From positions 1,816-65,815 of the forward strand of contig CALMGM010000012.1 of NCBI GenBank assembly GCA_937863685.1: a stretch of 64,000 nucleotides of DNA, written 5' to 3'. How positions within the stretch are numbered: the stretch's first letter is position 1; each line of letters opens with the position of its first letter. This DNA is from an uncultured bacterium (GTDB lineage: Bacteria > Edwardsbacteria > AC1 > EtOH8). The notes under the pieces are model-generated. The model saw only the letters and a program-made list of their open reading frames with translations, was not told where the DNA came from and did no database searches. Position numbers and translations under genes: made by a program. This document shows positions 27,808-38,204 of the stretch, one piece after another.

Positions 27808-28557
27808 ATGAAGCCCAAGATCAAAACTCCGTCGTTCCTGCCCAGCGTCTTCACCAGCGGAAACCTGTTCTGCGGCGTGCTGGCGATACTGGAGGCCTTC
27901 AACGGCAACTATTACCGGGGGGCCTGGCTGATCATCCTGGCCGGCTTCTTCGATTCCATAGACGGGATGGTGGCCCGGCTGACCCACCATTACAGCCGCT
28001 TCGGGGCCGAGCTGGACTCGCTGTCCGACGTGGTGTCCTTCGTGCTGGCGCCGATGATCCTGATCTACCCGCTGGCCCTGAAGAACCTGGGGCTGTGGGG
28101 CAGCCTGACCGCCTTCGCCTTCGTGGTGGCCGGGGCCATCCGGCTGGCCCGGTTCAACGCCAACATCAAGAGCCTGACAGAGAAGGAGATCTTCCATGGC
28201 CTGCCCACCCCGGCGGCCGGGGGGGTGGTGGCCAGTTTCCTGCTGTTCAGCAATGCCGTGGCCTATGATCTGTCGCTGATCCGCTTCATCCCGCTGGTGA
28301 TCATCCTGCTTTCCTTCCTGATGGTCAGCGACATCGAATATCCGCCCATTCCCAAGATGGCCGACCGCAGTTTCAAATCCTACCTCATCTACGGCGGGTT
28401 CATGCTGGCCATTCTGGGCATCATCAAAAACCCAAATTTGACGCTTTTCCCCATACTGACCGGATACATCCTGTTCGGCATGATGCGGAGAATATATAAA
28501 TCAAGCCACATGGAAAAATTGAAGAACAAAAGGAGAAGAAAAATTGCTGACAGCTGA
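27808..28557 (+). CDS. pssA: CDP-diacylglycerol--serine O-phosphatidyltransferase
   Basis: CDP-alcohol phosphatidyltransferase motif DSIDGMVARLTH...GAELDSLSDVVSF. Polytopic membrane protein. Confidence 0.8.
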   Translation: MKPKIKTPSFLPSVFTSGNLFCGVLAILEAFNGNYYRGAWLIILAGFFDSIDGMVARLTHHYSRFGAELDSLSDVVSFVLAPMILIYPLALKNLGLWGSLTAFAFVVAGAIRLARFNANIKSLTEKEIFHGLPTPAAGGVVASFLLFSNAVAYDLSLIRFIPLVIILLSFLMVSDIEYPPIPKMADRSFKSYLIYGGFMLAILGIIKNPNLTLFPILTGYILFGMMRRIYKSSHMEKLKNKRRRKIADS

Positions 28558-28795
28558 GATCCATGTCACCCTGAAGGAACTGGTGCTGGACCCCCAGGGC
28601 ACCACTCTCAAACGCTCCATGGAGACCATGGGATACCAAGGCATCGAGGAGGTCCGGATGGGCAAATTCATCCAGGTGCGGTTCGACAGCGACGACCGAC
28701 AGGCGGTGGAGAAAAAGGTCGACGAGATGTGCCGGCAGATCCTGTCCAACCCGGTGATCGAGCAGTACAGCTATTCCCTGAGGGAGGGCAGATGA
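28544..28795 (+). CDS. purS: Phosphoribosylformylglycinamidine synthase subunit PurS
   Basis: 83 aa with [17 protein letters not shown] typical of PurS. Confidence 0.8.
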   Translation: MLTAEIHVTLKELVLDPQGTTLKRSMETMGYQGIEEVRMGKFIQVRFDSDDRQAVEKKVDEMCRQILSNPVIEQYSYSLREGR

Positions 28796-29487
28796 AATTT
28801 GCGGTGATAACCTTTCCCGGCTCCAACTGCGACTACGATTGCTACCGGGCGGTGAAGGACCATCTTAAATGCCAGGTGGAGTATATCTGGCACCGGGAAC
28901 ATTCGCTGAACAACTGCGACTGCGTGATCCTGCCCGGCGGCTTTTCCTACGGCGACTATCTTCGGACCGGGGCCATCGCCCGTTTTTCGCCCATCATGCA
29001 ACAGGTGATCGATTTCGCTGATAAGGGCGGCCCGGTGATAGGCATCTGCAACGGCTTCCAGATCCTGCTGGAGAGCGGCCTGCTGCCGGGGGCCATGCTG
29101 GTCAACCGTAATTTGCAATTCATCTGCCAAACTGTTCACCTGAAGGTGGAGAACAACAGGCTGCCATTCACCAACCGGCTGACGGCGGGGCAATTGCTGA
29201 GAGTCCCCATCGCCCACAAGGAGGGCAACTATTATGCCGATGACAGGACCATCAAGGAACTGGAGGACAACGGCCGGGTGGTGTTCCGTTACAGCGACGG
29301 GTCGGGACAGGCCGATGAAAAGTCCAATCCCAACGGCTCGCTGAACAACATCGCCGGCATCACCAATAAAAAGGGCAACGTCCTGGGCATGATGCCCCAC
29401 CCGGAACGGGCCATGGAGCAGCTGCTGGGGTCGTCCGACGGCGCCCTGGTGTTCGACTCCATCAAGAACTTCCTGGGAGCAAACTGA
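28792..29487 (+). CDS. purQ: Phosphoribosylformylglycinamidine synthase I (glutaminase subunit PurQ)
   Basis: [16 protein letters not shown], the catalytic GICNGFQIL, and HPE near the C-terminus. ATGA overlap with the purS stop. Confidence 0.85.
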   Translation: MKFAVITFPGSNCDYDCYRAVKDHLKCQVEYIWHREHSLNNCDCVILPGGFSYGDYLRTGAIARFSPIMQQVIDFADKGGPVIGICNGFQILLESGLLPGAMLVNRNLQFICQTVHLKVENNRLPFTNRLTAGQLLRVPIAHKEGNYYADDRTIKELEDNGRVVFRYSDGSGQADEKSNPNGSLNNIAGITNKKGNVLGMMPHPERAMEQLLGSSDGALVFDSIKNFLGAN

Positions 29488-29488
29488 C

Positions 29489-30286
29489 ATGCTGAACAAG
29501 CTGTACAAGCAGCCGGACGTCAACGCCATCACCGACCTGCTGACCAGGCTGGACCGGATCCTGGCCGGCGACCCCAATAAGATGATCCGCCAGCTTCGCA
29601 AGCTGGCCAGGGTGGTGGACCGGCTGGTGCCATACCATGACGGGCACATCCTCCGGGTGACCTTTTACTCTTTGGCCATCGGGATGCGGATGGGCCTGCC
29701 CCAGGAGGACCTGCTGACCCTGGAGGTGGCGGCCCTGCTGCACGATTTCGGCAAGCTGGGGGTGGACGAGGCCACCCTGGACAAGGAGGAGAGCCTGAGC
29801 ACCGAGGAGCTGACCGAGATACATCACCATGCCGAGCGGGGCTACCATATCATCTCCGGCTTCACCAAACTGTGCGCGGTGGCCGACGTCATCCGGGACC
29901 ACCACGAGAAATTCGACGGCAGCGGATATCCCAACAAGAAGACCGGCCACGATATCAGCCGGTTGGCCAGGATCATAGCGGTGGCCGACGCCTACGACGC
30001 CATGACGGCCGACCGTCCATACCGCAAAGGCTTGCCCCAGAAGCAGGCCGAGGTCGAACTACTGATCCATTCCGGAACCCAGTTCGACCCCGAGGTGGTG
30101 GATTACTTTGTCAATCATGTCCAGGACAAGAAACCGGACATCAAGATATCCCTGTTGCGTAAAACTTTCAAGATTTCCCGGCGTAAACCCCGGGTCAAAC
30201 CCCGGAACGGACAAAAGACTCATTCTAAGAAAACCGCTGCCAACGGAGGCTCACCAAAACCGCAACCTTCAAACATGAAAAAATAA
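29489..30286 (+). CDS. HD-GYP domain protein (putative c-di-GMP phosphodiesterase) with a basic C-terminal tail
   Basis: HD motif ALLHDFGKL and [11 protein letters not shown], matching the HD-GYP consensus HHExxDGxGYP. Confidence 0.8.
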   Translation: MLNKLYKQPDVNAITDLLTRLDRILAGDPNKMIRQLRKLARVVDRLVPYHDGHILRVTFYSLAIGMRMGLPQEDLLTLEVAALLHDFGKLGVDEATLDKEESLSTEELTEIHHHAERGYHIISGFTKLCAVADVIRDHHEKFDGSGYPNKKTGHDISRLARIIAVADAYDAMTADRPYRKGLPQKQAEVELLIHSGTQFDPEVVDYFVNHVQDKKPDIKISLLRKTFKISRRKPRVKPRNGQKTHSKKTAANGGSPKPQPSNMKK

Positions 30287-30287
30287 C

Positions 30288-32540
30288 ATGACCAAACATC
30301 AGGAACCTGCCGTAGATATAAAACTGGCCCGGAGCTTCGGGCTCAACCAGGAGGAATTCGACAGCATCCAGCGGATAATGGGGCGGATGCCCAGCTATAC
30401 CGAACTGGGGATCTTTTCGGTGCTGTGGTCTGAGCACTGCTCCTACAAAAATTCCAAGCCACTTTTAAAACTGTTTCCCACCCGGGCACCCCAGGTACTG
30501 CAGGGGCCGGGGGAGAACGCCGGGATAGTGGACATCGGGGACGGGTTGGGGATCGCCATGAAGGTGGAGAGCCACAATCATCCCTCGGCCATCGAACCCT
30601 ACCAGGGGGCGGCCACCGGCATCGGCGGCATTTTGCGTGACATCTTCACCATGGGAGCCAGGCCCATCGCTTTGATGGACCCGCTGTACTTTGGATCGCT
30701 GGATGATGCACATGTCCGGCACTTGTTCTCCGGGGTGGTTTCCGGCATCGCCGATTACGGCAATTGCGTGGGCATTCCCACCGTAGGCGGATCGGTGGTG
30801 TTCGATGAGTCCTATACCACTAATCCGCTGGTCAACGTGATGTGCCTGGGGCTGGTGGAGAACAAGAAGATCATGCGGGGCTTCGCCTCCGGGCCGGGCA
30901 ATCTGGTGATCGCTGTCGGGGCCACCACCGGCCGGGACGGCATCCACGGGGCCACCTTTGCCTCGGAGGAGCTGTCCGAGGCATCTTCGGCCAAGCGCCC
31001 TTCTGTCCAGATAGGAGACCCCTTTACCAAAAAACTGCTGCTGGAGGCCACCCTGGAGCTGATCGAGTCCGGCCTGGCGGTCGGCATTCAGGACATGGGG
31101 GCGGCCGGGCTGACCAGCTCGTCCATCGAAATGGCCTCCCGGGCCGGGACCGGCCTGGAGATGGATATGGCCAAAGTACCGCTTCGGGAGACGGGCATGA
31201 CCCCTTATGAGATCATGCTGTCGGAATCCCAAGAGAGAATGGTGGTGGTGGCACCAAAAGAAAACTATGACCAGATCAAGGCGATATTTGATAAATGGGA
31301 ACTTCATTGCTCCTCAATAGGGGTGGTCACCAATGACGGGCATGTCCGGATAAAATGGGGTGAGAAGGTCTTTGCCGATATCCCGGTAAAGGCCCTGGTC
31401 GATGAAGCTCCGGTCTACGAAAGAGAAAGCAGGAAGCCGGGTTATCTTGACAAATTAAAGCAATTCATTCAAAACGACATAAAAGAACCAAAAGATCACA
31501 ATAAGTCGCTAAATAGTGTACTATCGGCGCCTACCATTGCCAGCAAACGCTGGGTATATCAGCAGTATGACCATCAGGTGCGGACCAACACTGCCGTTCT
31601 GCCGGGCTCCGATGCCGCAGTCTTGCGTATCCGCGGCACCAACAAGGCCATCGGCATCACCACCGACTGCAACGGGCGCTACTGCTATCTTAACCCGTTC
31701 AATGGCGGGGCCATAGCGGTGGCCGAGGCCGCCCGCAATCTGGCTTGCTCCGGGGCCAAGCCGCTGGGCCTGACCGACTGCCTGAATTTCGGCAATCCCT
31801 ACAAGCCGGAGGTTTTCTACCAGATGAAGCAGGCGGTGGAGGGGCTGGCCGAGGCCTGCAAGGTGCTGGAGGTGCCGGTGATCTCCGGCAACGTCAGCCT
31901 GTACAATGAAAGTTTGACCCACAGCGTCTATCCCACGCCCTTGATAGGCATGGTGGGGCTGATCGAAGATGTTTCCCACATCACCACCCAGTGGTTCAAG
32001 GAAGCCGGAGACATCGTATTTCTGGCCGGAGATATACAATCCCAGCCCGACATCGGGGGCTCGGAGTATCTAAAAGAGGTCCACGGCCAGGTGAATGGCG
32101 ATGCCCCGGCCATAGACCTGCAGGCCGAAAAGAAACTTCATAATTTCATAGGGGAGGCCATAAAGGCCGGTTTGGTGTGTTCGGCCCACGACTGCTCCGA
32201 GGGCGGGTTGGCCGTGGCCTTGGCCGAATGTTGCTTTGCTGACCTCTCCTCCAACCCCTCTCCCGATGGGCGAGGGGGGACGGGATTGACGGCCGATCTT
32301 TCCGGCCTGCCGGGAAGAGGCGATTTCAAGCTGTTCGCCGAGAATCAGAGCCGTGTCGTGTTGTCAAGCAAGGCAGAGGATGTTGAGAAATTGGTAAGCC
32401 TGGCAAAGAAGTATAGCATAGACATTTTGAAATTGGGGACTGTGGGCGGAGACCGGCTGGTGATAAAAGATCTGATAGACCTGCCGGTGGCCGAGGCCAG
32501 AAAGACCTGGGAAGAAGCCATACCAAACAAGATGAAGTGA
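30288..32540 (+). CDS. purL: Phosphoribosylformylglycinamidine synthase II (PurL)
   Basis: [19 protein letters not shown] and duplicated AIR-synthase-like domains. 750 aa. Confidence 0.9.
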   Translation: MTKHQEPAVDIKLARSFGLNQEEFDSIQRIMGRMPSYTELGIFSVLWSEHCSYKNSKPLLKLFPTRAPQVLQGPGENAGIVDIGDGLGIAMKVESHNHPSAIEPYQGAATGIGGILRDIFTMGARPIALMDPLYFGSLDDAHVRHLFSGVVSGIADYGNCVGIPTVGGSVVFDESYTTNPLVNVMCLGLVENKKIMRGFASGPGNLVIAVGATTGRDGIHGATFASEELSEASSAKRPSVQIGDPFTKKLLLEATLELIESGLAVGIQDMGAAGLTSSSIEMASRAGTGLEMDMAKVPLRETGMTPYEIMLSESQERMVVVAPKENYDQIKAIFDKWELHCSSIGVVTNDGHVRIKWGEKVFADIPVKALVDEAPVYERESRKPGYLDKLKQFIQNDIKEPKDHNKSLNSVLSAPTIASKRWVYQQYDHQVRTNTAVLPGSDAAVLRIRGTNKAIGITTDCNGRYCYLNPFNGGAIAVAEAARNLACSGAKPLGLTDCLNFGNPYKPEVFYQMKQAVEGLAEACKVLEVPVISGNVSLYNESLTHSVYPTPLIGMVGLIEDVSHITTQWFKEAGDIVFLAGDIQSQPDIGGSEYLKEVHGQVNGDAPAIDLQAEKKLHNFIGEAIKAGLVCSAHDCSEGGLAVALAECCFADLSSNPSPDGRGGTGLTADLSGLPGRGDFKLFAENQSRVVLSSKAEDVEKLVSLAKKYSIDILKLGTVGGDRLVIKDLIDLPVAEARKTWEEAIPNKMK

Positions 32541-32546
32541 GATGAA

Positions 32547-32580
32547 GAACCCGATCGAATGATCGGGTTCTATTTTAATC
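32547..32580 (+). terminator. Rho-independent terminator after purL
   Basis: aacccgatc-gaat-gatcgggtt followed by ctattttaat. Confidence 0.5.
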
Positions 32581-32592
32581 TTTGGAGGCAGT

Positions 32593-34407
32593 ATGAAAAG
32601 GTTCTCCTGTGTTTGGGTCATGCTGGTTATCTTTGCTGGCTCTTTGCTGGCCCAGGGCATGACCCCCAAAAACGATACCCTGCTCCAAGTGGGTGATTCT
32701 TTCAAGAACCAGTCCCTGCAACAGGCCGAATCACTATTGGTGGAACACAGCCAGCAGAAACAGTTGGATTCCCTGGTTCAGGCCGAGCTTCGCCGGGAGA
32801 TGCAGAAGATCAATCTTGATATCCGGAAGCAGAAGGAGCTTGAAGATAAGCTTAACAGCATAGCGGTAGCCGATTCCCTAAAGAATCTGCAGCGCCTGCA
32901 GCGCATAGAAGAGCTCAAAAAAAGCAGCCCGGGGTTCCCGGTGGCGCCTTTCGGCGACACCCTTTTCAGCATCAATACCCGGATCGGTTCTTTCCAGCCG
33001 GCCGAGAGGGCTGCGGCCGTGGCCGAAAGGATTCAAAAACTGGCCGCTGGTGAAAATTTCGATCCCGATTCCCTGCTGGTGGTTCCGTCCGAAAACAGCA
33101 GCGATATATCCTATGGCGAGCTGGTAGTGATGGCGGTCACCGACCTGGATGCCCTGTGGTATTCCCGCAGTCGGGAAGAACTGGCCGGGGAATATGCCGC
33201 TGGAATTAGAAAGGCGGTGACGGCCCAGCAGAAGACCAACAGCATTTTGAGCTGGCTGACCCGTATCGCTCTGGTGTTGGCCATCATGATCGGCGTGGCC
33301 ATTGTCTTCTACCTGGTCAACCGGATATTCAACCGGTCGCGTGATTTCCTGCTGCATAATAAGGATCGTTATTTCAAGGGATTTTCCATAAAAAAGGTCC
33401 GCCTGCTGACGCCCGCCCAAAATCTGAGAATTGTGCTGTTTGCCAATAACCTGTTGCGGTTGCTGACGCTGTTCTTTGCCTTCTATCTGGCCCTGCCCCT
33501 GCTGTTCGGAATTTTCCCGGAGACCAGGTCATGGGCCGCCGTCCTGTGGAAATGGGTGGCCAATCCGGCGGGGAGCATAATGCTGGGCATCTGGAATTAC
33601 CTGCCCAAACTTTTCACGGTGATCGTTCTGGTCCTGGTGGCCCGCTATACCGTCAAACTGCTTAAGTTTCTGTCCATGCAGATAGCCCGGGGCACCCTGG
33701 TGATAAAGGGCTTCTATCCGGACTGGGCCAAACCGACCTTTGACATCGTCCGCTTTTTGCTGTATGCCTTCTTTTTCATCGTCATCTTTCCCTATCTGCC
33801 GGGATCGAACTCGCCGATATTCAAGGGGGTGTCTCTATTTCTGGGAGTATTATTCTCGCTGGGCTCGTCCTCGGCCATCGCCAACGTGATCGCCGGGCTG
33901 GTGATAACCTACATGCGGCCCTTCAAGATAGGGGACCGGATCAAGCTGGGCGAGGTCACCGGCGACGTGATCGACAAGACCTTTCTGGTCACCCGGATCC
34001 GGACCATCAAGAACGAGGATATCACCGTTCCCAACTCCACCGTCATGTCCAACTACACGGTGAATTACTCCACCTCCAGCCGGGATCTGGGGCTGATACT
34101 CAACACCACCGTCACCATAGGATACAACGTCCCCTGGCAGAAGGTGCACCAACTGCTGATCGCGGCGGCCAAGGATACCGAGGGGATACTGAAGGATAAG
34201 GAACCGTTTGTCCTGCAGGTCAGCCTGGACGATTTCTTCGTCACCTACCAGCTGAACGCCTACACCGCCGAGGCCCAGGCCATGGCGGTGACCTATTCCC
34301 GTTTGCACCAGAACATCCAGGACAAGTTCAACCAGGCCGGGGTGGAGATCATGTCGCCTCATTACAGGGCTATGAGGGACGGCAACAAACCGGCCATGCC
34401 GCAGTGA
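32593..34407 (+). CDS. MscS-family mechanosensitive channel with a large N-terminal periplasmic coiled-coil domain (MscK-like architecture)
   Basis: Signal peptide, multiple TM helices, and the conserved MscS beta-domain region FKIGDRIKLGEVTGDVIDKTFLVTRIRT. Confidence 0.75.
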   Translation: MKRFSCVWVMLVIFAGSLLAQGMTPKNDTLLQVGDSFKNQSLQQAESLLVEHSQQKQLDSLVQAELRREMQKINLDIRKQKELEDKLNSIAVADSLKNLQRLQRIEELKKSSPGFPVAPFGDTLFSINTRIGSFQPAERAAAVAERIQKLAAGENFDPDSLLVVPSENSSDISYGELVVMAVTDLDALWYSRSREELAGEYAAGIRKAVTAQQKTNSILSWLTRIALVLAIMIGVAIVFYLVNRIFNRSRDFLLHNKDRYFKGFSIKKVRLLTPAQNLRIVLFANNLLRLLTLFFAFYLALPLLFGIFPETRSWAAVLWKWVANPAGSIMLGIWNYLPKLFTVIVLVLVARYTVKLLKFLSMQIARGTLVIKGFYPDWAKPTFDIVRFLLYAFFFIVIFPYLPGSNSPIFKGVSLFLGVLFSLGSSSAIANVIAGLVITYMRPFKIGDRIKLGEVTGDVIDKTFLVTRIRTIKNEDITVPNSTVMSNYTVNYSTSSRDLGLILNTTVTIGYNVPWQKVHQLLIAAAKDTEGILKDKEPFVLQVSLDDFFVTYQLNAYTAEAQAMAVTYSRLHQNIQDKFNQAGVEIMSPHYRAMRDGNKPAMPQ

Positions 34408-34560
34408 TTAGGGCCTTAATAGGACGCTGATTTTCGCAGATTATACGGATTTGGTTAAGGATCGTTTTGAGGTCATTGCGAGGATTTCTGCTATCTCACA
34501 AGTGAAGCAATCCACGCTTGTCGTCTTGTAAATATTAAAAAAGGCTAAAACACACAGCCC

Positions 34561-34589
34561 TTGACAAACCCTCTATTAGGCCTTATATT
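34561..34589 (+). promoter_or_regulatory. Perfect-consensus sigma70 promoter (TTGACA, 17 bp, TATATT) followed by RBS AAGGAGG upstream of msrA
   Basis: Hexamers at 34561-34566 and 34584-34589. AAGGAGG at 34595-34601 precedes the ATG at 34610. Confidence 0.5.
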
Positions 34590-34609
34590 GGCTTAAGGAG
34601 GGTTTCCTT

Positions 34610-35194
34610 ATGAATAAAAAGATCTACCTCAGCCTGTTGGCTTTTCTGCTGGGCTTTTCTTTGACACTTAATTCTCAAACGACAAGCAAAGAAGTAATAA
34701 AAAGAAAACAAACAAAGGAAATAAAAATGGAAACCGCCATATTCGCGGCCGGATGTTTCTGGGGAGTGGAGGCCGACTTTCAGAAATTGAAAGGCGTTGT
34801 CACCACCGAGGTGGGCTACACCGGCGGCCACACCAAGGATCCCAGCTACCAGCAGGTCTGCACCGACACCACCGGCCACGCCGAGTCCATCCGTATAACC
34901 TACGACCCGGCGGTCATCAGCTATGATGACCTGTTAAAGGTCTTTTGGGAGAATCACAACCCCACCACCCCCGACCGCCAGGGCCCGGATGTGGGCTCGC
35001 AGTATCGCTCGGCCATTTTCTACACCACTCCGGAACAGCAGAAGGCGGCCCAGGCCTCCAGGGAGAAGCTGGACAAGTCGCACAAATATTCCAAGCCGAT
35101 AGTCACCGAGATCACCAAGGCCGGCGAATTCTACCGGGCCGAGGAATACCACCAGCAGTATTACCAAAAGAAGGGCGGCGGCAGTTGTAAATAA
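34610..35194 (+). CDS. msrA: Peptide-methionine (S)-S-oxide reductase MsrA, secreted or periplasmic (N-terminal signal peptide)
   Basis: The active site GCFWGVE and the MsrA fold motifs, preceded by a ~40-aa signal/linker. Confidence 0.85.
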   Translation: MNKKIYLSLLAFLLGFSLTLNSQTTSKEVIKRKQTKEIKMETAIFAAGCFWGVEADFQKLKGVVTTEVGYTGGHTKDPSYQQVCTDTTGHAESIRITYDPAVISYDDLLKVFWENHNPTTPDRQGPDVGSQYRSAIFYTTPEQQKAAQASREKLDKSHKYSKPIVTEITKAGEFYRAEEYHQQYYQKKGGGSCK

Positions 35195-35252
35195 TAATTG
35201 CTCCCTCGCCAAATTTATTTGGAGAGGGAGGGGGTGAGGTCCTTTTTAAAAG

Positions 35253-35660
35253 CCTGGATTCCTGTCTTCACAGGAATGACAAAACCACTCTCCCTCTGGG
35301 GGGTCTTTTAATTCTTATGGATTCCAGCCGGAGTTTATGCTGAATGCAATGAAGTGCTGGAATGACAAAACCTCTCCCCCTCTGGGGGAGGGCCTGCACT
35401 GAGAAATTCCTACAGCTTGCCTGCCGAAGTGGGCAGGGGAGGGGTCAGCCCGCAGCAATCCGGGCTTTTTCGACCACCCCCTTGATCCCCTCCTTAGAGC
35501 AAGGAGAGGACGGAGGGGCGGTTTTTTCTTGACTTTATTCTTGCCAGTATATAAACTATTAACTAACAACGGTCACCACTTCATCGGTAATATAACAGTT
35601 GTCTCAGTGCAGGCTCTGAGAATTGCATACGCCCTGACATCAGGATGACAATCTTATATT
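35253..35660. repeat. Intergenic cluster of palindromic repeat modules: two inverted copies of the GGATTCC..GGAATGACA core, the CCTGCACTGAGAAA..CGAAGTGGGCAGGGG module, and TCTCAGTGCAGGCTCT..CAGGATGACA
   Basis: 35253-35281 and 35318-35367 are reverse-orientation copies of the 12327 and 13665 elements. 35392-35527 matches the reverse complement of 18160-18285. Confidence 0.55.
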
Positions 35661-35722
35661 AATACACCTAGAAACAGTTAAATACTTTGTGCCTTGGTGT
35701 CTTGGTGGCAAAGGAATTGAAT

Positions 35723-36592
35723 ATGATCAAAGAAATAAAAGCCAAGACCATGCTGTCGCACGTTCCCGGACCCGACGGCTGGTTCGGCCTTAAATACAAC
35801 ATGAACCTCTACCGTGGCTGTTCCCACGGCTGCATCTACTGCGATTCCCGCAGTTCCTGCTACCGGATAGAGAATTTCTCCGACATCCTGGTCAAAATTA
35901 ACGCCATTGACCTGCTCAAAAAAGAACTGCCTTCCAAGAGGGTCAAGGGCACCATCGGCACCGGCTCCATGAATGATCCCTACCAGCCGGCCGAGAAACA
36001 ATTTCAACTGACCAAGAAATCGTTGGAGTTGATGGTCAAACACGGCTTCCCGGTGCATATCATCACCAAGAGCGACCTGGTGCTGCGGGATGTCGATATT
36101 TTGCGGGAAATATCGAAGACCTATGCCGCGGTGACCTTCACCGTCATCACCACCGATGATAAGCTGGCCGGGATCATCGAGCCCGGAGCGCCGCCGCCGT
36201 CAAAAAGGCTAAAGACCATCGAGACCCTAAGCCGGGCTGGCGTCTATACCGGCATCACCATGATGCCATTATTACCGTTCATCACCGACACCGAGGAGAA
36301 CGTCAAAGATATCGTCCGCCGGGCCAAGGACAGCGGGGCCAAATATATCATTCCAGTCTTCGGCATGTCGATAAGGACCGGACAAAGGGAATACTATTAT
36401 CAGAAGCTGGATGAACATTTCCCCGGATTGAAGACGAAATACGAGAAGAATTACGGAATGCGATATCAGTGCCCCTCGCCGGACCATGCCCGGTTGGAAA
36501 AAGTATTTCTTGAAGCCTGCGACAAAAATGCCATCCGGCCCGGCATGGAATTCTTCACTCCCTGTAAAAAAGAACAACCAACATTGTTTTAA
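35723..36592 (+). CDS. Radical SAM protein of the SplB / DNA-photolyase-like family (COG1533-like)
   Basis: CSHGCIYCDSR (a CxxxCxxC Fe-S/SAM motif) near the N-terminus. ~290 aa from the internal Met. Confidence 0.7.
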   Translation: MIKEIKAKTMLSHVPGPDGWFGLKYNMNLYRGCSHGCIYCDSRSSCYRIENFSDILVKINAIDLLKKELPSKRVKGTIGTGSMNDPYQPAEKQFQLTKKSLELMVKHGFPVHIITKSDLVLRDVDILREISKTYAAVTFTVITTDDKLAGIIEPGAPPPSKRLKTIETLSRAGVYTGITMMPLLPFITDTEENVKDIVRRAKDSGAKYIIPVFGMSIRTGQREYYYQKLDEHFPGLKTKYEKNYGMRYQCPSPDHARLEKVFLEACDKNAIRPGMEFFTPCKKEQPTLF

Positions 36593-36601
36593 GAGGTTGT
36601 C

Positions 36602-37384
36602 ATGAAAATAAAAGATCTGGAAAGTTCCGATCTGCCGTCGTATTTCCTGTGCCTGGAGGACTGGTCCGACCAGATCAAGGAGGCCGGAAATCACAAAGAG
36701 ATCTGGTACGGCAAGATGAAGGACCAGGGCCTGCGGGTCAAGCTGGCGGTGGACGACAACGGCGTGGCCGGCGGCATGATCCAATATATGCCCATCGAAT
36801 ATTCGACCGCCGAGGGCAAGGATTTGTACTTTGTCAATTGCATCTGGGTGCACGGATACAAGCAGGGACGGGGTAATTTCCAGAAGGCCGGGATGGGGCA
36901 GGCCTTGCTGAAGGCCGCTGAGGAGGATGTCCGTGCATTGGGCGCCAAGGGGCTGGCCGCCTGGGGCCTGATTCTGCCTTTTTGGATGAAGGCTGCCTGG
37001 TACAAGAAGCATGGCTACAAAAAGGCCGACCGGGACGGCATCAGTCAGCTGGTCTGGAAGCCATTCAGCGATGACGCAACGGCGCCCAAATGGATCAAGC
37101 AGAAGGCCAGACCGCGAAAGAAACCGGGGGTGGTAACGGTCACTTCGTTCATCAACGGCTGGTGCCCGGCCCAGAATCTGACCCACGAGAGGGCCAGACG
37201 GGCGGCCTCCGAATTCGGCGGCAAGGTCGTTTTTGAAACGGTGGATACCTTCGATCGTCAGAACTTCCTAAAATGGGGCATATCAGACGGACTTTTCATA
37301 GATGGCAAGCAGGTCAATACCGGCCCGCCGCCTTCATTTGAAAAGATCAGGAAGATCATAGAAGCAAGAGTTAAAAAGCTTTAG
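36602..37384 (+). CDS. GNAT-family N-acetyltransferase fused to a C-terminal thioredoxin-like domain (WCPAQ)
   Basis: A GNAT acetyl-CoA-binding-like region (CIWVHGYKQGRGNFQKAGMGQALLKAAE) is followed by a Trx-fold-like segment (VTVTSFINGWCPAQN..). The domain assignment is tentative. Confidence 0.5.
   Translation: MKIKDLESSDLPSYFLCLEDWSDQIKEAGNHKEIWYGKMKDQGLRVKLAVDDNGVAGGMIQYMPIEYSTAEGKDLYFVNCIWVHGYKQGRGNFQKAGMGQALLKAAEEDVRALGAKGLAAWGLILPFWMKAAWYKKHGYKKADRDGISQLVWKPFSDDATAPKWIKQKARPRKKPGVVTVTSFINGWCPAQNLTHERARRAASEFGGKVVFETVDTFDRQNFLKWGISDGLFIDGKQVNTGPPPSFEKIRKIIEARVKKL
37309..37337. repeat. Left copy of an imperfect ~29-bp direct repeat (CAGgTCAAtACCGGCCCGCCGCCTTC) flanking the APH gene
   Basis: 27 of 29 positions match the copy at 38205-38233. 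This copy lies in the 3' coding end of the GNAT-Trx gene. Confidence 0.6.
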
Positions 37385-37409
37385 ATATCGTATTTCTTAA
37401 AGAGCTTTA

Positions 37410-38186
37410 ATGCAGAGAACCGTTTCTACAATAGATATATCCAAAATTCCGTCCAGTATCGCCGTGCTTGTCGGCGAGGCCCGGGTATATAACAGCAGTT
37501 GTTCCGAAACCGCCCAGACATTTTTTATTGAGGGGAAGGATCGCTTTTATCTTAAAATGCACCGGAAGGGCGCATTACTTCGCGAGTACCAAATGACTTG
37601 TTTTTTGAACCGGCATGGACTTGCTCCCCACCCGATCGTCTATGAAGCCGAAAGTAATAATGATTACCTGCTGACCGAAGCCTTGCCCGGCGAGGACGGC
37701 ATTTCGGGCGGGCATCTGGAGGAACCCCGAAAGCTGGCGGCCGTGTTCGGCGAGAGCCTCAGGGAATTGCATTCCTTGTCAGGCGAAGGATGCCCTTGCA
37801 ATAACAGGACGGCCGAGATGCTGAAGGAGATAGACGATAAAATGGCATCCGGCCCGGGAGATACTGCCATATTGGCCGAAGGGAAACTGCGCGCCTTTAA
37901 AAAAATGTCGGAGATGAAACATATTGCCCTGGATGATACGGTGCTTCACGGTGACTACTGCCTGCCCAACATCATAATGGAGAATTATCGTTTGAGTGGC
38001 TTTGTGGATCTGGGGTACGGCGGTATCGGCGACAGGCATCATGATATTTTCTGGGGAATTTGGACATTGAACTATAATCTGAGAACCAATTCCTATCGGG
38101 ATATCTTTCTGGATGCCTACGGCCGAAGCGATCTGGATCCGGACAGGCTGGAATTGTACCGTCTGATAGCAGGGTTGACCGGATAG
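37410..38186 (+). CDS. Aminoglycoside 3'-phosphotransferase (APH(3')) family kinase
   Basis: The C-terminal half aligns with APH(3') proteins: VLHGDYCLPNIIMENYRLSGFVDLGYGGIGDRHHDI against the family's [34 protein letters not shown]. The N-terminus also has the family pattern. Confidence 0.75.
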   Translation: MQRTVSTIDISKIPSSIAVLVGEARVYNSSCSETAQTFFIEGKDRFYLKMHRKGALLREYQMTCFLNRHGLAPHPIVYEAESNNDYLLTEALPGEDGISGGHLEEPRKLAAVFGESLRELHSLSGEGCPCNNRTAEMLKEIDDKMASGPGDTAILAEGKLRAFKKMSEMKHIALDDTVLHGDYCLPNIIMENYRLSGFVDLGYGGIGDRHHDIFWGIWTLNYNLRTNSYRDIFLDAYGRSDLDPDRLELYRLIAGLTG

Positions 38187-38204
38187 GATAACCTGTGTCC
38201 CCGG

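Noticed and set aside
30465-31307. 280-aa minus-strand ORF
   Set aside because: Antisense to purL.
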